Positions 1-9,963 of a stretch of DNA of 64,000 nt are shown here, in pieces. Under the pieces are notes generated by a model, which saw only the letters and a list, made by a program, of their open reading frames with translations, was not told the origin of the DNA and searched no databases. The position numbers were made by a program, and so were the translations under genes. This DNA comes from an uncultured Nitrososphaerota archaeon (GTDB lineage: Archaea > Thermoproteota > EX4484-205 > JAAOZP01), in contig CAYQCW010000001.1 in the NCBI GenBank assembly GCA_964416155.1, positions 192,001 through 256,000 on the forward strand. The letters run 5' to 3'. The number at the start of each line of letters is the position of its first letter. The stretch's first letter is position 1.

Positions 1-440
1 CCGGTTAATGTGGACAGGGTTTCGTCAATCCCCGTGGAATAGTCCCACCTGTGTATCTGGTATAGGTCAACGTAACCAGTCTTAAGCCTGCTCAACGACC
101 CCTCTATCTGCCTCAAAATATGCTTCCTAGAAAGCCCCGAGTCGTTTGGCTTGTCCCCCATTGGGAAGAACACTTTTGTAGCCACTACTGCGTCCTCCCT
201 TCTCCCCTGCAGAAACTCCCCCAGTATCTCCTCGGACATTCCCCTCGAGTACACGTTGGCGGTGTCGTAGAAGTTTATGCCGAGGTCCCACGCCCTGTTC
301 AAAACCTTGAACGCCTCCTCTTTGCCGGAAACCCAACCCCCACCCCCGAAGGGCTGCAAGGCTGGGTCACCAAAAGACATGGCTCCTAAGCAGATCTTTG
401 AAACCTTAAGGCCAGACCAGCCTAAACGGACATATTCCAT
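1..440 (-). CDS. Aldo/keto reductase (3' end truncated by window edge)
   Basis: Not in the ORF track. Manual translation from ATG at 440: [24 protein letters not shown]...[21 protein letters not shown]...VATKV...[19 protein letters not shown], which shows the AKR D/Y/K/H tetrad motifs. Confidence 0.93.
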   Translation of the reverse strand, partial: MEYVRLGWSGLKVSKICLGAMSFGDPALQPFGGGGWVSGKEEAFKVLNRAWDLGINFYDTANVYSRGMSEEILGEFLQGRREDAVVATKVFFPMGDKPNDSGLSRKHILRQIEGSLSRLKTGYVDLYQIHRWDYSTGIDETLSTLT

Positions 441-548
441 TTGTTGAAGTATGCTTTTTATAAGATAAATAAACTTTTGCTACGCCCAGCAGTTCCGTAG
501 CGCCCCTAGCTTTTCTTTAGCGCACACTCGTTGAGAATTAAGAATAGT

Positions 549-1289
549 TTAAGCTACTTTTTTAAGGCCCTCCATAAACCTGCAGGCTTCCTCATAGGTC
601 TGGGGTGTTCCGATGTCAAACCAGTATCCCCGGAAAACGTAGCCGTAGACAGGCTCGTTCCCGCATAGCCAAGATACGAAGTGTCCGGGACTATCCCTGT
701 GCCCGCCCTCTTCAACGTATCTCTTGATTTTTACGAGCGACCTCCATGGAAACATGTAGATAGCGGTGGCTATAATGGTTGAACTCGGGTTTACAGGCTT
801 CTCGACGAAATCCACTATTCTACTATCTTCAGCAAGCTTGACGCAGGAATACATTTTAACAAGCTCAATGTTCCCAACATCGTAAAGCGCTACAACCGGC
901 GCATTCTTACTGCGGTAGAACTCGAGGAATTCCGTCAAATCAAGCGAGAAAAGGTTGTCGCCTGCTATAACTAGGTATTCGTCCTCACCGATATTGTCAA
1001 CAAGCATCGCCAGCGATAATATTGTCCCAAGCTTCTCCTCCTCCCGCGTACTCCCCTCGACCTGGAGCCTCGTGTTAACATAGCCTCTGGATCCAAGCCA
1101 TTCTCTAAAATCCTTTTCAAACTTCCTGTTCACGGTGATGATGACCTCGCTCGGGTTTAAGATACTTATTTTCTCCATGGTGTAGTCTATTATCGGCCTG
1201 TCGCAAACCTTAACCAGCGGCTTCGCCATGTGCACTCCAAGATTTTGAAGACGCTTCGCAAAGCCTCCAGCAGGAACTATTACCCTCAA
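549..1289 (-). CDS. NDP-sugar pyrophosphorylase / nucleotidyltransferase (glucose-1-phosphate thymidylyltransferase-like)
   Basis: PAGGFAKRL...KPL, GDNL, FVEKP and WFDIGT motifs. Confidence 0.9.
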   Translation of the reverse strand: MRVIVPAGGFAKRLQNLGVHMAKPLVKVCDRPIIDYTMEKISILNPSEVIITVNRKFEKDFREWLGSRGYVNTRLQVEGSTREEEKLGTILSLAMLVDNIGEDEYLVIAGDNLFSLDLTEFLEFYRSKNAPVVALYDVGNIELVKMYSCVKLAEDSRIVDFVEKPVNPSSTIIATAIYMFPWRSLVKIKRYVEEGGHRDSPGHFVSWLCGNEPVYGYVFRGYWFDIGTPQTYEEACRFMEGLKKVA

Positions 1290-1416
1290 GACTCCTAAGC
1301 GTTATTATTGAAGAGGTTGAAATAAACTTTCCCCCAGAATATTAGCGTAAGAGTGTTGTGAAAACATTTATATTTTAAGAGTCTTCTCCTGTGAACACGG
1401 ATGTGGAAAACCAAGC

Positions 1417-2844
1417 ATGAGTGAGAAAAATACTCTTGTATTCACAATAGACGCTCAAATAACTCCTTCAGATTACACGGATCTAGTTGACTTCATATAT
1501 CGGAACTATGTGGCTCCTAATTTGAAGCATTTTGCAAACGTCGTCAGAAGCACCTCTGAAACAGGGTTTTTCCTCTTCTTTACTGCCGTTGACCCGGATA
1601 GGAAATGGTATATCGACGTTCAGATAAGCATTGGAAAACCAATCAATGTTAGAATGGTTTTAAGCAACAGCGAGGTTCCAGGATCAGCCGTAAACTGGTT
1701 GAGAAGCAGCCTAGTGGCTGCGGTCAGGTTTTTCGAAGAACAGCTTAGAAAAACAACCGTCTACTTCACCTGGGTCGAGGGCGAGGAAATAATACCTGAA
1801 AGGGTTCTTGAAGCCCGTAAGAATTTTGTCTACCGGATGTTTTCAGAAAGCATGCTTCTCCTTTTCATCCTATTCACCTCGCTCAGCATCATTCTATTCC
1901 TAATCTTGGGGTCTTATGCTCCAATAACACTCGTATTAATGCAGTTCATCCTAATTCTTTTCTCAGACAGGATTATTGGGAGAATGGGAGATTGGCATAT
2001 CACTGAGAAAAACCCTCTAATACATGTTTTCCAGTATAGTATTCCAGTTTCAGAATACAAATCCTTTCTAAACAAGTATGGTGGAGAAATTTTCTCGAAG
2101 ATTAAGAAAGAGATTTACATCAAGACCCTAGCCGTCAGGAAGCCAATAGACTATGAAATATGCGCAGAAGTGTTGTCCCATTATGGGTTTGAGTGTAACC
2201 CTGAAAAAGCCTCAGCGAAGATCGTGAACTTGTATGAGATTGTAAAACAGGCTGCGGAGAAGTTTGAGCTTCCAGTGCCCAAGATCGTTGTCTCTAACAC
2301 GACTCTGCCTAATGCTGCAGCCTCTGGGCCTTATCCGAGCCGTGGGGTAATCCTAGTGACCACAGGGCTGCTTGTCCAGCTTGACGAAAAGGAGGTTCTA
2401 AGCGTTATTGGACATGAGTTCAGCCATCTTAAAGGGAGGGATCCGTTGTTTCTCTTTCTCCTGACCTCAATAGAGTATCTTCTCAGGTTTTACGTTTTCT
2501 GGCCGCTGCTATACTTCCTAGGATACTTCTATCTTATAATTGCTCTTGGAGCCGTCTACTTCATAGCTAAGTTTTTCGAGTCCAAGGCTGACTTAGAGTC
2601 TGCCATCAGAATAGGTGAGCCGCAGAACCTTGCAAACGCGTTGAGGAAAATAGGTTTTCGCAGGCTTCAGCTAGAGATGCGACGAGGATACGCTATTCAA
2701 GAATGGTTAGGATGGGATCCGCACCCACCTCTCTATTTCAGAATATCTAGGCTGGAGAGCCTTAGGGACCCCAGTAGGATAAGGCATCCCTTGATAAGAT
2801 CTATAAAAGACAATATACTTGGTTTCTTGGAAATAATTGGATGA
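1417..2844 (+). CDS. M48 (HtpX-like) membrane zinc metalloprotease with N-terminal extension
   Basis: PNAAASG, LVTTGLL, GHEFSH (HExxH), ESKAD and HPPLYFRI motifs; TM helices. Confidence 0.88.
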   Translation: MSEKNTLVFTIDAQITPSDYTDLVDFIYRNYVAPNLKHFANVVRSTSETGFFLFFTAVDPDRKWYIDVQISIGKPINVRMVLSNSEVPGSAVNWLRSSLVAAVRFFEEQLRKTTVYFTWVEGEEIIPERVLEARKNFVYRMFSESMLLLFILFTSLSIILFLILGSYAPITLVLMQFILILFSDRIIGRMGDWHITEKNPLIHVFQYSIPVSEYKSFLNKYGGEIFSKIKKEIYIKTLAVRKPIDYEICAEVLSHYGFECNPEKASAKIVNLYEIVKQAAEKFELPVPKIVVSNTTLPNAAASGPYPSRGVILVTTGLLVQLDEKEVLSVIGHEFSHLKGRDPLFLFLLTSIEYLLRFYVFWPLLYFLGYFYLIIALGAVYFIAKFFESKADLESAIRIGEPQNLANALRKIGFRRLQLEMRRGYAIQEWLGWDPHPPLYFRISRLESLRDPSRIRHPLIRSIKDNILGFLEIIG

Positions 2845-3425
2845 AAACCCGGAAGATTAGTTTAAAAATTATTAAAGCCACCCTCCATTCTTATTCGGAG
2901 TTGAAGTTCAAGGGAATAATCTTAGCAATGCTTGTCTTAGTTTCTGTTATCATCCTCTCTATTTCTACGAGATATACGAGCATTCCTCAGGCAAATTATA
3001 CTAGCGGGAAAATTTTAAGCGTTCCTTTCGTCAAGCAGGGACCCGACCTTTGCTCCGAGGCCTCCGCCAGCATGGTTCTTCTATATTACAGTCTAAACTT
3101 CTCGCAAGAAGAAATAAACGCGATGGGATTCGATAAGTTTGAGAACATGCTTACCTTCTTAGACAAGCATATTTACTGCTCATATAAATCGCTTTCAGTA
3201 GAAGAATTGAGAGAAGAAATTCGAAAAGGCAATCCCGTAATTATCAGGTTAAGAATTGGGATTAGCCTCCATACGGTAGTGGCTGTTGGATATGAAAATG
3301 ATTGGATAATTGTGCACGACCCTGCGTCAGGACCCTTCGTACTGCTAAGGGTGGATGAATCGTTCATTTCTTCTTGGGCAGCGACTAACTACGCTTCAAT
3401 AGTTTCACGTGGCCGTAGGCCTTGA
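2841..3425 (+). CDS. C39-like papain-fold cysteine peptidase, membrane anchored or secreted
   Basis: N-terminal hydrophobic helix; VPFVKQ..LCSEAS (Gln/Cys), HTVVAVGY (His), VHDPA (Asp). True start may be slightly downstream. Confidence 0.8.
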   Translation: MKTRKISLKIIKATLHSYSELKFKGIILAMLVLVSVIILSISTRYTSIPQANYTSGKILSVPFVKQGPDLCSEASASMVLLYYSLNFSQEEINAMGFDKFENMLTFLDKHIYCSYKSLSVEELREEIRKGNPVIIRLRIGISLHTVVAVGYENDWIIVHDPASGPFVLLRVDESFISSWAATNYASIVSRGRRP

Positions 3426-3503
3426 AACATTATTTTCTCTCCTGATAAAGTATTTTTCCAGCCGCAGAAATTCATAAATCTAAGCATCCAGGAGGAAGGC
3501 CGA

Positions 3504-4421
3504 ATGAAACCGGATCCATTATGCATCCCATGCACCGTAAATGCCGCCCTAGACATAGCCCTTAAAGCGACTAATGACCAAGACACTATCAGGGAGATAC
3601 TTTTAGAGAGCTTAAGATGGATTCCGAAGGCCTTCGAGGAGGATGCTTCACCGAACGTCCTTCACTCGCAAGTATGCAGGATTACTCGAAAAATAGCCGG
3701 AGTGAGAGACCCGTTTAAGCATGTGAAGACTGTTTCAAATGAAATTGCCTTAAAGGTTTATCCAAGCCTATGTGAAATGCTTGAATCAATCAGGAATGAT
3801 GTCGAAGTACTTAGGTTTTCCCTCAAAGCATCCATAATTGGAAATATGATGGATTTTGAGGTGAAAAATTATCGCTTCAATCTTGAAAGCCTAGAATCAC
3901 GGTTTAAAGACTATTTGAAGGAGCCTTTGGTGATCGACGACGTGGATAAGCTGTGTGATGCAATCAGCGGCGGGAAGAAGATCCTTTATCTAGCGGATAA
4001 TGCGGGGGAAATAGTTTTCGATAAGCTTGTCGCGAAATGTCTGAAAGAGAGATGGGGGTGCAGTGTTACGATGGTTGTTAAAGACGGGCCTGTTTTGAAC
4101 GATGCGACTCTGGAAGATGCGGAGTACGTCAGGCTTGGCGATGCATGTGACAAAATCGTTACTACGGGGGACGACACTATAGGAGTTGTTTTTGACAGGG
4201 TTTCGGAGGAGTTTAAGCAAGCCCTGAAGGAATCAGACATAGTGATATCTAAAGGACAAGGAAACCTCGAGTCTCTCACTGGGCTTGAAAAGAATATTGG
4301 CAAGCCTGTTTGCTATGTTCTGAGAGTCAAATGTGAAGTAGTCGGCAGAAACCTCGATGTCCCAAAGGATTCTAACGTGGTTAAGCTTATAAGGTTCCAC
4401 AAGTTTCAAAAACTTTATTAG
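3504..4421 (+). CDS. DUF89/ARMT1-like damage-control phosphatase
   Basis: N-terminal CxxC, GNMMD, DNAGEIVFD, NDAT, KGQGN, VKC. Confidence 0.92.
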   Translation: MKPDPLCIPCTVNAALDIALKATNDQDTIREILLESLRWIPKAFEEDASPNVLHSQVCRITRKIAGVRDPFKHVKTVSNEIALKVYPSLCEMLESIRNDVEVLRFSLKASIIGNMMDFEVKNYRFNLESLESRFKDYLKEPLVIDDVDKLCDAISGGKKILYLADNAGEIVFDKLVAKCLKERWGCSVTMVVKDGPVLNDATLEDAEYVRLGDACDKIVTTGDDTIGVVFDRVSEEFKQALKESDIVISKGQGNLESLTGLEKNIGKPVCYVLRVKCEVVGRNLDVPKDSNVVKLIRFHKFQKLY

Positions 4422-4444
4422 GTTTTACTCTTAAATTACCATCT

Positions 4445-5305
4445 ATGAAGAAGGGGATAAATCTTTGGAGCATTGAATGGCCCAGCATTCTGAGGGAACT
4501 CGACAATAAGAAGGTTGCCAGGAAGATTAAGGAGATCGGTTATGATGGGGTTGAGCTTGTCTTTGACGACAGTAGTTTCGACCCGACTAGGAAGACGGAG
4601 GAGGAGATACGGAGAACAGCTGAGGATTTCAAGTCGGAGAGTCTTGAAATACCCAGCGTGGCGACAGGCGTCTTCTGGAAGTACAATCTCGGCTCAAACG
4701 ATGAAAAAACTAGGAGCAAAGGCGTCGAGTACGGCAAGGCTGGTGTTAAAATGGCCAGCATCGTAGGAGCCTCATCGATCCTTGTTGTTCCGGGTGTTGC
4801 CTCTCCCGAGACACCTTATGAAGAGCTTTATGTTAATGCTCTAAATTCGGTGAAAAAACTCGCAGAGTTCGCAGAGGATTATGACGTGACGATAGCTGTT
4901 GAAAACGTCTGGAACAAGTTCCTCTACTCTCCCATGGAGTTTAAGAAATTCATTACGGATGTAGGAATGAGGAATGTTAAAGTATATCTTGACGTTGCCA
5001 ACCTTATGGCGATATCTCATCCTGAAAACTGGATACATAGCCTGGGAAACATGGTGTCAAACGTTCACGCCAAGGATTTCGATACTAATATTGGAAATAT
5101 TAATGGGTTTAGGAACGTGCTTAAAGGAAACGTGGACTGGAGGAAGATTATCAAGCTGCTTAAAGCAGTAGGATACAACGGTTATCTGACTGTAGAGTGT
5201 CCCCCAAGTTTTAATCCCTTGTTGAAGTCTCCCACTGTTCAAGATATTATGAGGAATGCTGAGGAAAACTGTAGGGCGCTTAAGGAAATCACTAAAGGAT
5301 TTTGA
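4445..5305 (+). CDS. Sugar phosphate isomerase/epimerase (xylose isomerase-like TIM barrel)
   Basis: GYDGVEL, IAVENVWN, YLDVAN, VHAKD, GYLTVE. Confidence 0.9.
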   Translation: MKKGINLWSIEWPSILRELDNKKVARKIKEIGYDGVELVFDDSSFDPTRKTEEEIRRTAEDFKSESLEIPSVATGVFWKYNLGSNDEKTRSKGVEYGKAGVKMASIVGASSILVVPGVASPETPYEELYVNALNSVKKLAEFAEDYDVTIAVENVWNKFLYSPMEFKKFITDVGMRNVKVYLDVANLMAISHPENWIHSLGNMVSNVHAKDFDTNIGNINGFRNVLKGNVDWRKIIKLLKAVGYNGYLTVECPPSFNPLLKSPTVQDIMRNAEENCRALKEITKGF

Positions 5306-5308
5306 GTC

Positions 5309-5800
5309 TTGAAAAGAATACAGATAAGGAGGAAGGAGGCAGCTAGGTTTATCGAAGATGCTAAAAACCAAAAAATCTCTTTTAAACTAGACAAGCCGGA
5401 GTCTGCGGAGATAGTTGAGCTGGAAGATGCTAAAATACTTCTTTTAAACCGAACCCCCGCCCTAATAATTTTTCCAGACGGAAGGATCATTCCACATCTT
5501 CAAGGCCTTGGAAGAATAACGGTCTGTCCGATAGTGGTTGTTGACAAGGGTGCTGTAGAATACGTGGTTAAGGGGGCTGACGTGATGATGCCGGGAGTAG
5601 TTAAACACAGTAGTTTCAGCAAAGGGGACACTGTTGCAGTTGTTTCAGAAGACTATGTTGCAATAGCAGTAGGAGTGGCTCTTCAAGACTCTGGGGAAAT
5701 CGTTAAAGAGGTAAAAGGAAAGATCGTTAAAAATCTGCATAAGCCCAACGACAAGTTTTTCGTAGGGGTCTCTGGCTTAACCCAGTCCAACAGTGTTTAG
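5309..5800 (+). CDS. PUA-domain RNA-binding protein (DUF1947/MCT-1-like)
   Basis: VVVDKGAVEYVVKGADVMMPGV; KGKIVKNLH..ND. Confidence 0.88.
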   Translation: MKRIQIRRKEAARFIEDAKNQKISFKLDKPESAEIVELEDAKILLLNRTPALIIFPDGRIIPHLQGLGRITVCPIVVVDKGAVEYVVKGADVMMPGVVKHSSFSKGDTVAVVSEDYVAIAVGVALQDSGEIVKEVKGKIVKNLHKPNDKFFVGVSGLTQSNSV

Positions 5801-5859
5801 GACGGTGGCATGCGACGAAAAGTTTTCCACCACTGGCCACAGTAATTGAGAACAGGCCT

Positions 5860-6246
5860 CTACCCTTTCTCAACAAGTATTTCCTCACCGTCCCTAATCT
5901 TTTTTAAGACTTCGAGATCTCCCTCTATCTTAGCGAAAACGTTGACAGGACTGTATGCAACTATCTTCCCCTTCCTTGAAATGGGGGTTGGGCCGAAGAA
6001 GATGCAGAGGGCTCTTCCAGGAGGCCAGTAGGCAACGTCTCCTTTCTCAACCTCTCTCCGCGAATTCTCCTCCGGCAGGATAACGGGTATTTCAAAATAT
6101 ATTTCCTCGCCCCAGGTGTTTGCAAACCCTTTAAAAGGCAGTGCCTTAAGAATACCCTCGACAGTTTTGGGGTTTAACCCAGGTAGAAGTACAGCCCTCC
6201 TTACACCTATTAGCCTGCTTTTAATGAGGATTGCTTCTGGCAACAC
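5860..6246 (-). CDS. Cyclophilin-like fold protein (DUF369)
   Basis: LPF..ANTWGEEIYF, GDVAYWPPGRALCIFFGPTP, SPVN. Confidence 0.88.
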   Translation of the reverse strand: MLPEAILIKSRLIGVRRAVLLPGLNPKTVEGILKALPFKGFANTWGEEIYFEIPVILPEENSRREVEKGDVAYWPPGRALCIFFGPTPISRKGKIVAYSPVNVFAKIEGDLEVLKKIRDGEEILVEKG

Positions 6247-6280
6247 AGTATTGAGAACATTAGGCGGTTTAAAAACTTAG

Positions 6281-8290
6281 CTAGACCGGGAACAATACAT
6301 ATTTAACCAGTATTGTTTCAAAAGTTAGAGCCGTCATTATAATGCTCTTCATAAGAATCGTTAAAGAGGGGCCGGCCACATCTTTAAGCGGGTCTCCAAA
6401 AGTATCACCCGTCACGACTGCGGACCGCAGATCCTCATCATTGCTTCCAGACAATTCGAAAATCTTCTTAGTGTTGTCGAAAGCCCCCCCTATGAGGATA
6501 TATTTAATCCCTAAGATGGCGCTTGAACCCAGCAAGCCTATAAGCATGCCGGCTAAAGCATTAACCCCGAAGAGCAGCCCGAAGCCGAGGAACACGGCCT
6601 CAGCGATTAAAACCGGCGGGATCATCTGCCTCAAAGCGTTTAGCGTCGCTATTTTAACACACCTATCATAAGCAGGAGTATTTAACCCGGAGAGTATCTC
6701 AGGTTTCTCTCTAAATTGCTTCCTCACCTCGTCAACCATCACTTGAGTCGTAGAGTTCACCGCGCTCATTATGTATGAGGAGAAGAGGAATGGGATAGCT
6801 ATGCCTATTAGGAGGCCAGCCGTGTGAAACGGGTTCGTCAAGTCAACAGGCCTTTTGCCAACAACGTAATAATAGGTCATTAAGGCTATGAACGCTGTGA
6901 AGGTGCCGCTCGCCAGGGCAAAAGCCTTCGTGTATGCTTTAGTAGTGTTTCCAATGGCGTCAAGAGCGTCGAACGCTCCATTATTACCTTCACCACACAT
7001 CTCGTTTATTCCGCCGGCATTGTCAACTATCGGCCCGAAAGCATCCCAAGCCATAACTGTCCCTATGAGTATGTCCGTCCCCAAGTTTGCTGCCACCAGA
7101 CCGTAAATATTGCCTGTGACTAGGTAAGAAAAAATCGCGGCGGTTGAAACCAGGAACACCGGTATTACCGCCCCCCTTAAACCATAGGCTAAGCCATTTA
7201 TCATGTTTATGGCAGCACCCCTTTTAGCCGACTCATACATGCTTTTAACCGGCGAGGAGTTTACACCAGTGTAATGGTTTGAGACGACAGCCATGAGCAG
7301 TGTCACGATCAACCCGCTTAACCCAGCGTAGAAAAGGGCGACATCCCTCATGAAGAGGGTTGAAACGAAGAAGAGACCTACTGCTGAAGAAACCGTTGAG
7401 ACAACTAGGCTCATCAGAAAACTCTTCGCAGGATTGCTGATTTTAAGCGCAACCATAATGCTGATTATGGTGGAAAGCAACCCTACTGAAAGAAAGAGCG
7501 GCGAGAACAGGAGGATCATATGCCCATACTTATCCAAGAATCCTAGTCCTATTATCATACTAGTAACCATGTCTCCGCTTAGAGTTTCGAACAGGTCGGC
7601 ACCTCTTCCAGCACAGTCGCCAACATTATCCCCGACCAAGTCAGCGATCACCGCTGGGTTACGAGGATCATCCTCAGTAAGCCCGTATTCAAGCTTTCCA
7701 ACCAGGTCGGCGCCGATGTCTGCACTCTTGGTGAATATCCCGCCGCCTATCTGGATGAAGATTGCAGTCAGGCTGGCACCCATTGCGTATCCTGTTAGAA
7801 ACTCTACGCTGAGCCCAGACGAGTCCTGCCCTATGAGTGAAACCAAGATTAATACTCCGAGCAGGCTCAGGCTTGCAACCGAAAGGCCCGTCACCGAGCC
7901 TCCGCTTAAAGCTGTTTTCAAACCTTTAGAGACGTTCCCGTTTACCGATTCCATTGTCCTAGCGTTTGCCTTTACAGCCACCTTCATCCCTGTGAAACCC
8001 GAGGCTAGAGACAATGCTGCTCCAAGCATGAAAGCGAATGCGGCCTTAACCCCAAGGAGAATCAGGAGAAGAATGGTTACGGCAGCGTCGAAAACTATGA
8101 TGACGGAATACTCTGTGCGGAGAAACGCTGAGGCGCCTGATTCAATGTAGCTAGCTATTCTGGCTGCTCGAGGGTTTTTCATTTGATGTTTAAGAACATT
8201 AAGAGCTAAAACTATGATTGCGAGCAAGCTCGCTAAAACGGAGCCCGAAACGATTATCTCCGAGGCAGACGGAAGTCCTGTTGCAGTCAA
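6281..8290 (-). CDS. hppA: Membrane-bound pyrophosphatase, K+-independent H+-pumping type
   Basis: GGIFTKSADIGADLVGKLE, EDDPRNPAVIADLVGDNVGD, DNAGG, GNTTKA (Lys marks K+-independence), GDTFGDPLKD; many TM helices. Confidence 0.95.
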   Translation of the reverse strand: MTATGLPSASEIIVSGSVLASLLAIIVLALNVLKHQMKNPRAARIASYIESGASAFLRTEYSVIIVFDAAVTILLLILLGVKAAFAFMLGAALSLASGFTGMKVAVKANARTMESVNGNVSKGLKTALSGGSVTGLSVASLSLLGVLILVSLIGQDSSGLSVEFLTGYAMGASLTAIFIQIGGGIFTKSADIGADLVGKLEYGLTEDDPRNPAVIADLVGDNVGDCAGRGADLFETLSGDMVTSMIIGLGFLDKYGHMILLFSPLFLSVGLLSTIISIMVALKISNPAKSFLMSLVVSTVSSAVGLFFVSTLFMRDVALFYAGLSGLIVTLLMAVVSNHYTGVNSSPVKSMYESAKRGAAINMINGLAYGLRGAVIPVFLVSTAAIFSYLVTGNIYGLVAANLGTDILIGTVMAWDAFGPIVDNAGGINEMCGEGNNGAFDALDAIGNTTKAYTKAFALASGTFTAFIALMTYYYVVGKRPVDLTNPFHTAGLLIGIAIPFLFSSYIMSAVNSTTQVMVDEVRKQFREKPEILSGLNTPAYDRCVKIATLNALRQMIPPVLIAEAVFLGFGLLFGVNALAGMLIGLLGSSAILGIKYILIGGAFDNTKKIFELSGSNDEDLRSAVVTGDTFGDPLKDVAGPSLTILMKSIIMTALTFETILVKYVLFPV

Positions 8291-8358
8291 CCTGAGCCAC
8301 CATGTCCACCGGTTAAGCCTCTCCCAGAGTCGGGCTATTTTTAAACATTACGTATGGA

Positions 8359-8946
8359 ATGTCAACGCTTTTAGAACATGTTCCCCCGATTTCCCCCTTT
8401 GAAAGCTTTAATAATATAGTTTTAAACCATACCGGCATGAGGAGAATCCTGCTTGTTTCTCATTGCATACTTAACCCGTATAGTAGGGCAGTGGGATTAC
8501 TGCGGGAGGAAAAAGTGAAAGCATCCAGGAGGATTATCGGAGCCCTTCTACAGGATTTGGAAACAGGAGTAATACAGCTCCCCTGTCCAGAACTACTCTA
8601 CGAAGGTTTAGGCAGGAAGCCGGCTGCTAGAGAATCCTATGATAACCCTGAGTTTAGAGAAATATGCAAGAAGATAGCTGACCAAGCCGCGAAAATTGCG
8701 GCAGAATACGAGCGTGAAGGCGTCAGAATCACGGCATACTTGGGCGTAGAGGGAAGCCCGTCCTGCGGTGTCGAATGGACCCATTTTATGACCGATAAGC
8801 CGGAGAAGGGTAGAGGAGTTTTCACAGAGATTCTTTACGAGGCTATGAGCAATGCTGGGATCAAGATTAGTCTTCTAGGCTTGCCTGAAAAGGAGAAGTA
8901 CGGGAGCCTGGAGGAGCTTTCGAGGAAGCTTGAAGCATTAACGTAG
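8359..8946 (+). CDS. DUF523/TudS-related Fe-S putative desulfidase
   Basis: VSHCILN, QLPCPE and GSPSCG three-Cys pattern. Real start is probably ATG 8437. Confidence 0.75.
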   Translation: MSTLLEHVPPISPFESFNNIVLNHTGMRRILLVSHCILNPYSRAVGLLREEKVKASRRIIGALLQDLETGVIQLPCPELLYEGLGRKPAARESYDNPEFREICKKIADQAAKIAAEYEREGVRITAYLGVEGSPSCGVEWTHFMTDKPEKGRGVFTEILYEAMSNAGIKISLLGLPEKEKYGSLEELSRKLEALT

Positions 8947-9003
8947 AGAAATTTATTAACGAGAGCAAACCTTTTTAAAACACCTTAAAGCGATGCTGTA
9001 GGC

Positions 9004-9849
9004 ATGGATTACGGTTTCGACACGTGGATATACTCTATACTTGATGTTGAGAAGGCTCTTGGAAGGCTTAGCGAAAAGGGCTTAGGGTTTGTTGAATTGT
9101 CTTACGAACACTTGTCTAAGATTTTTAAAGATGAAACTGTTGACTTGAAGGCTTTGAGAAACATTAAGGAGGCTGCGGACAGCCTTGGCGTCAGTATTAT
9201 TCAAGTCCACGGGCCTTTTGGAGAAATCGATTTAGAACTGGCTTCAGAAGACTCTTCCCAGAGGGAGAGGGCGCTTAGAAAAATCTTCAACTGGATCAAG
9301 TATACTGGCGAGCTCGAATGGGGTGTGCTTGTGCTACATACTGCGAGGATAAGAGTTTCAGAGAAACACGATTTCCAGAGGCTTGTTGAGAAGACTAGGC
9401 TTGCCAATTTGAGGTTTTTCAAAGAGGTTTCCAAATACGCTTCAGAGCACGGTGTTAAGATAGCTGTGGAAAACAGGCTTGAACCCTGCTATGGCTCTCT
9501 GCCCAAAGATCTCTTAGAATTGGTTGAGGAGACTGGCAGTGAAAGCATAGGAATATGCTTTGATACTGGGCATGCTAATGTGAACAAGCTGAGTGCATCT
9601 TCAATGGTTGAAATACTTAGAGGGCATCTCATAGCTACTCACATCCATGATAACGATGGCCATCATGATCAGCACTTGCCTCCTTTAATGGGAAGTATAA
9701 ACTGGGACCAGGTGATAAATGCTTTCTCAAGAGTAGGCTATGGGAAGCCTTTGATCCTAGAGATCCACGAGTATGGTAGACTGGATCTGGATGACAATGT
9801 AGTCAGAGCAACCACAACCCTGATGAACAGCCTACTTGGAAAAAGCTAA
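9004..9849 (+). CDS. Sugar phosphate isomerase/epimerase (AP endonuclease 2 TIM barrel family)
   Basis: QVHGP, IAVEN, CFDTGHAN, HIHDNDG..DQHLPP..G.INW, LILE. Confidence 0.9.
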   Translation: MDYGFDTWIYSILDVEKALGRLSEKGLGFVELSYEHLSKIFKDETVDLKALRNIKEAADSLGVSIIQVHGPFGEIDLELASEDSSQRERALRKIFNWIKYTGELEWGVLVLHTARIRVSEKHDFQRLVEKTRLANLRFFKEVSKYASEHGVKIAVENRLEPCYGSLPKDLLELVEETGSESIGICFDTGHANVNKLSASSMVEILRGHLIATHIHDNDGHHDQHLPPLMGSINWDQVINAFSRVGYGKPLILEIHEYGRLDLDDNVVRATTTLMNSLLGKS

Positions 9850-9963
9850 CTAGTTCTATTTGAACTAGATGAGGTTCTACTGCTTGAACCGTCATAATTA
9901 GGACTCACGTTTATCAAATCTTTATCACCGGCTTTCTCAACCCGGAGGTTGACTGTTTTCAAA

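Noticed and set aside
120-389. Track ORFs 120-389 (+) and 127-336 (-)
   Set aside because: Shadows of the aldo/keto reductase in another minus frame (1-440).
479-501. Hairpin GCTACG/CGTAGC
   Set aside because: A single 6-bp stem with no other support.
3504-4421. Functional link of DUF89 with type II PanK, as in the PANK4 fusion
   Set aside because: The genes are ~56 kb apart, so there is no local evidence.
7350-8150. Long antisense ORF (266 aa), and similar ones at 11164-12039, 35086-35715 and 62187-62741
   Set aside because: They lie opposite well-supported genes, are Ser/Pro/Thr-rich and lack motifs, which is typical of antisense shadow frames.
9867-9890. Half C/D motif AGATGA-11 nt-TTGA
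   Set aside because: No second C'/D pair or terminal stem found.
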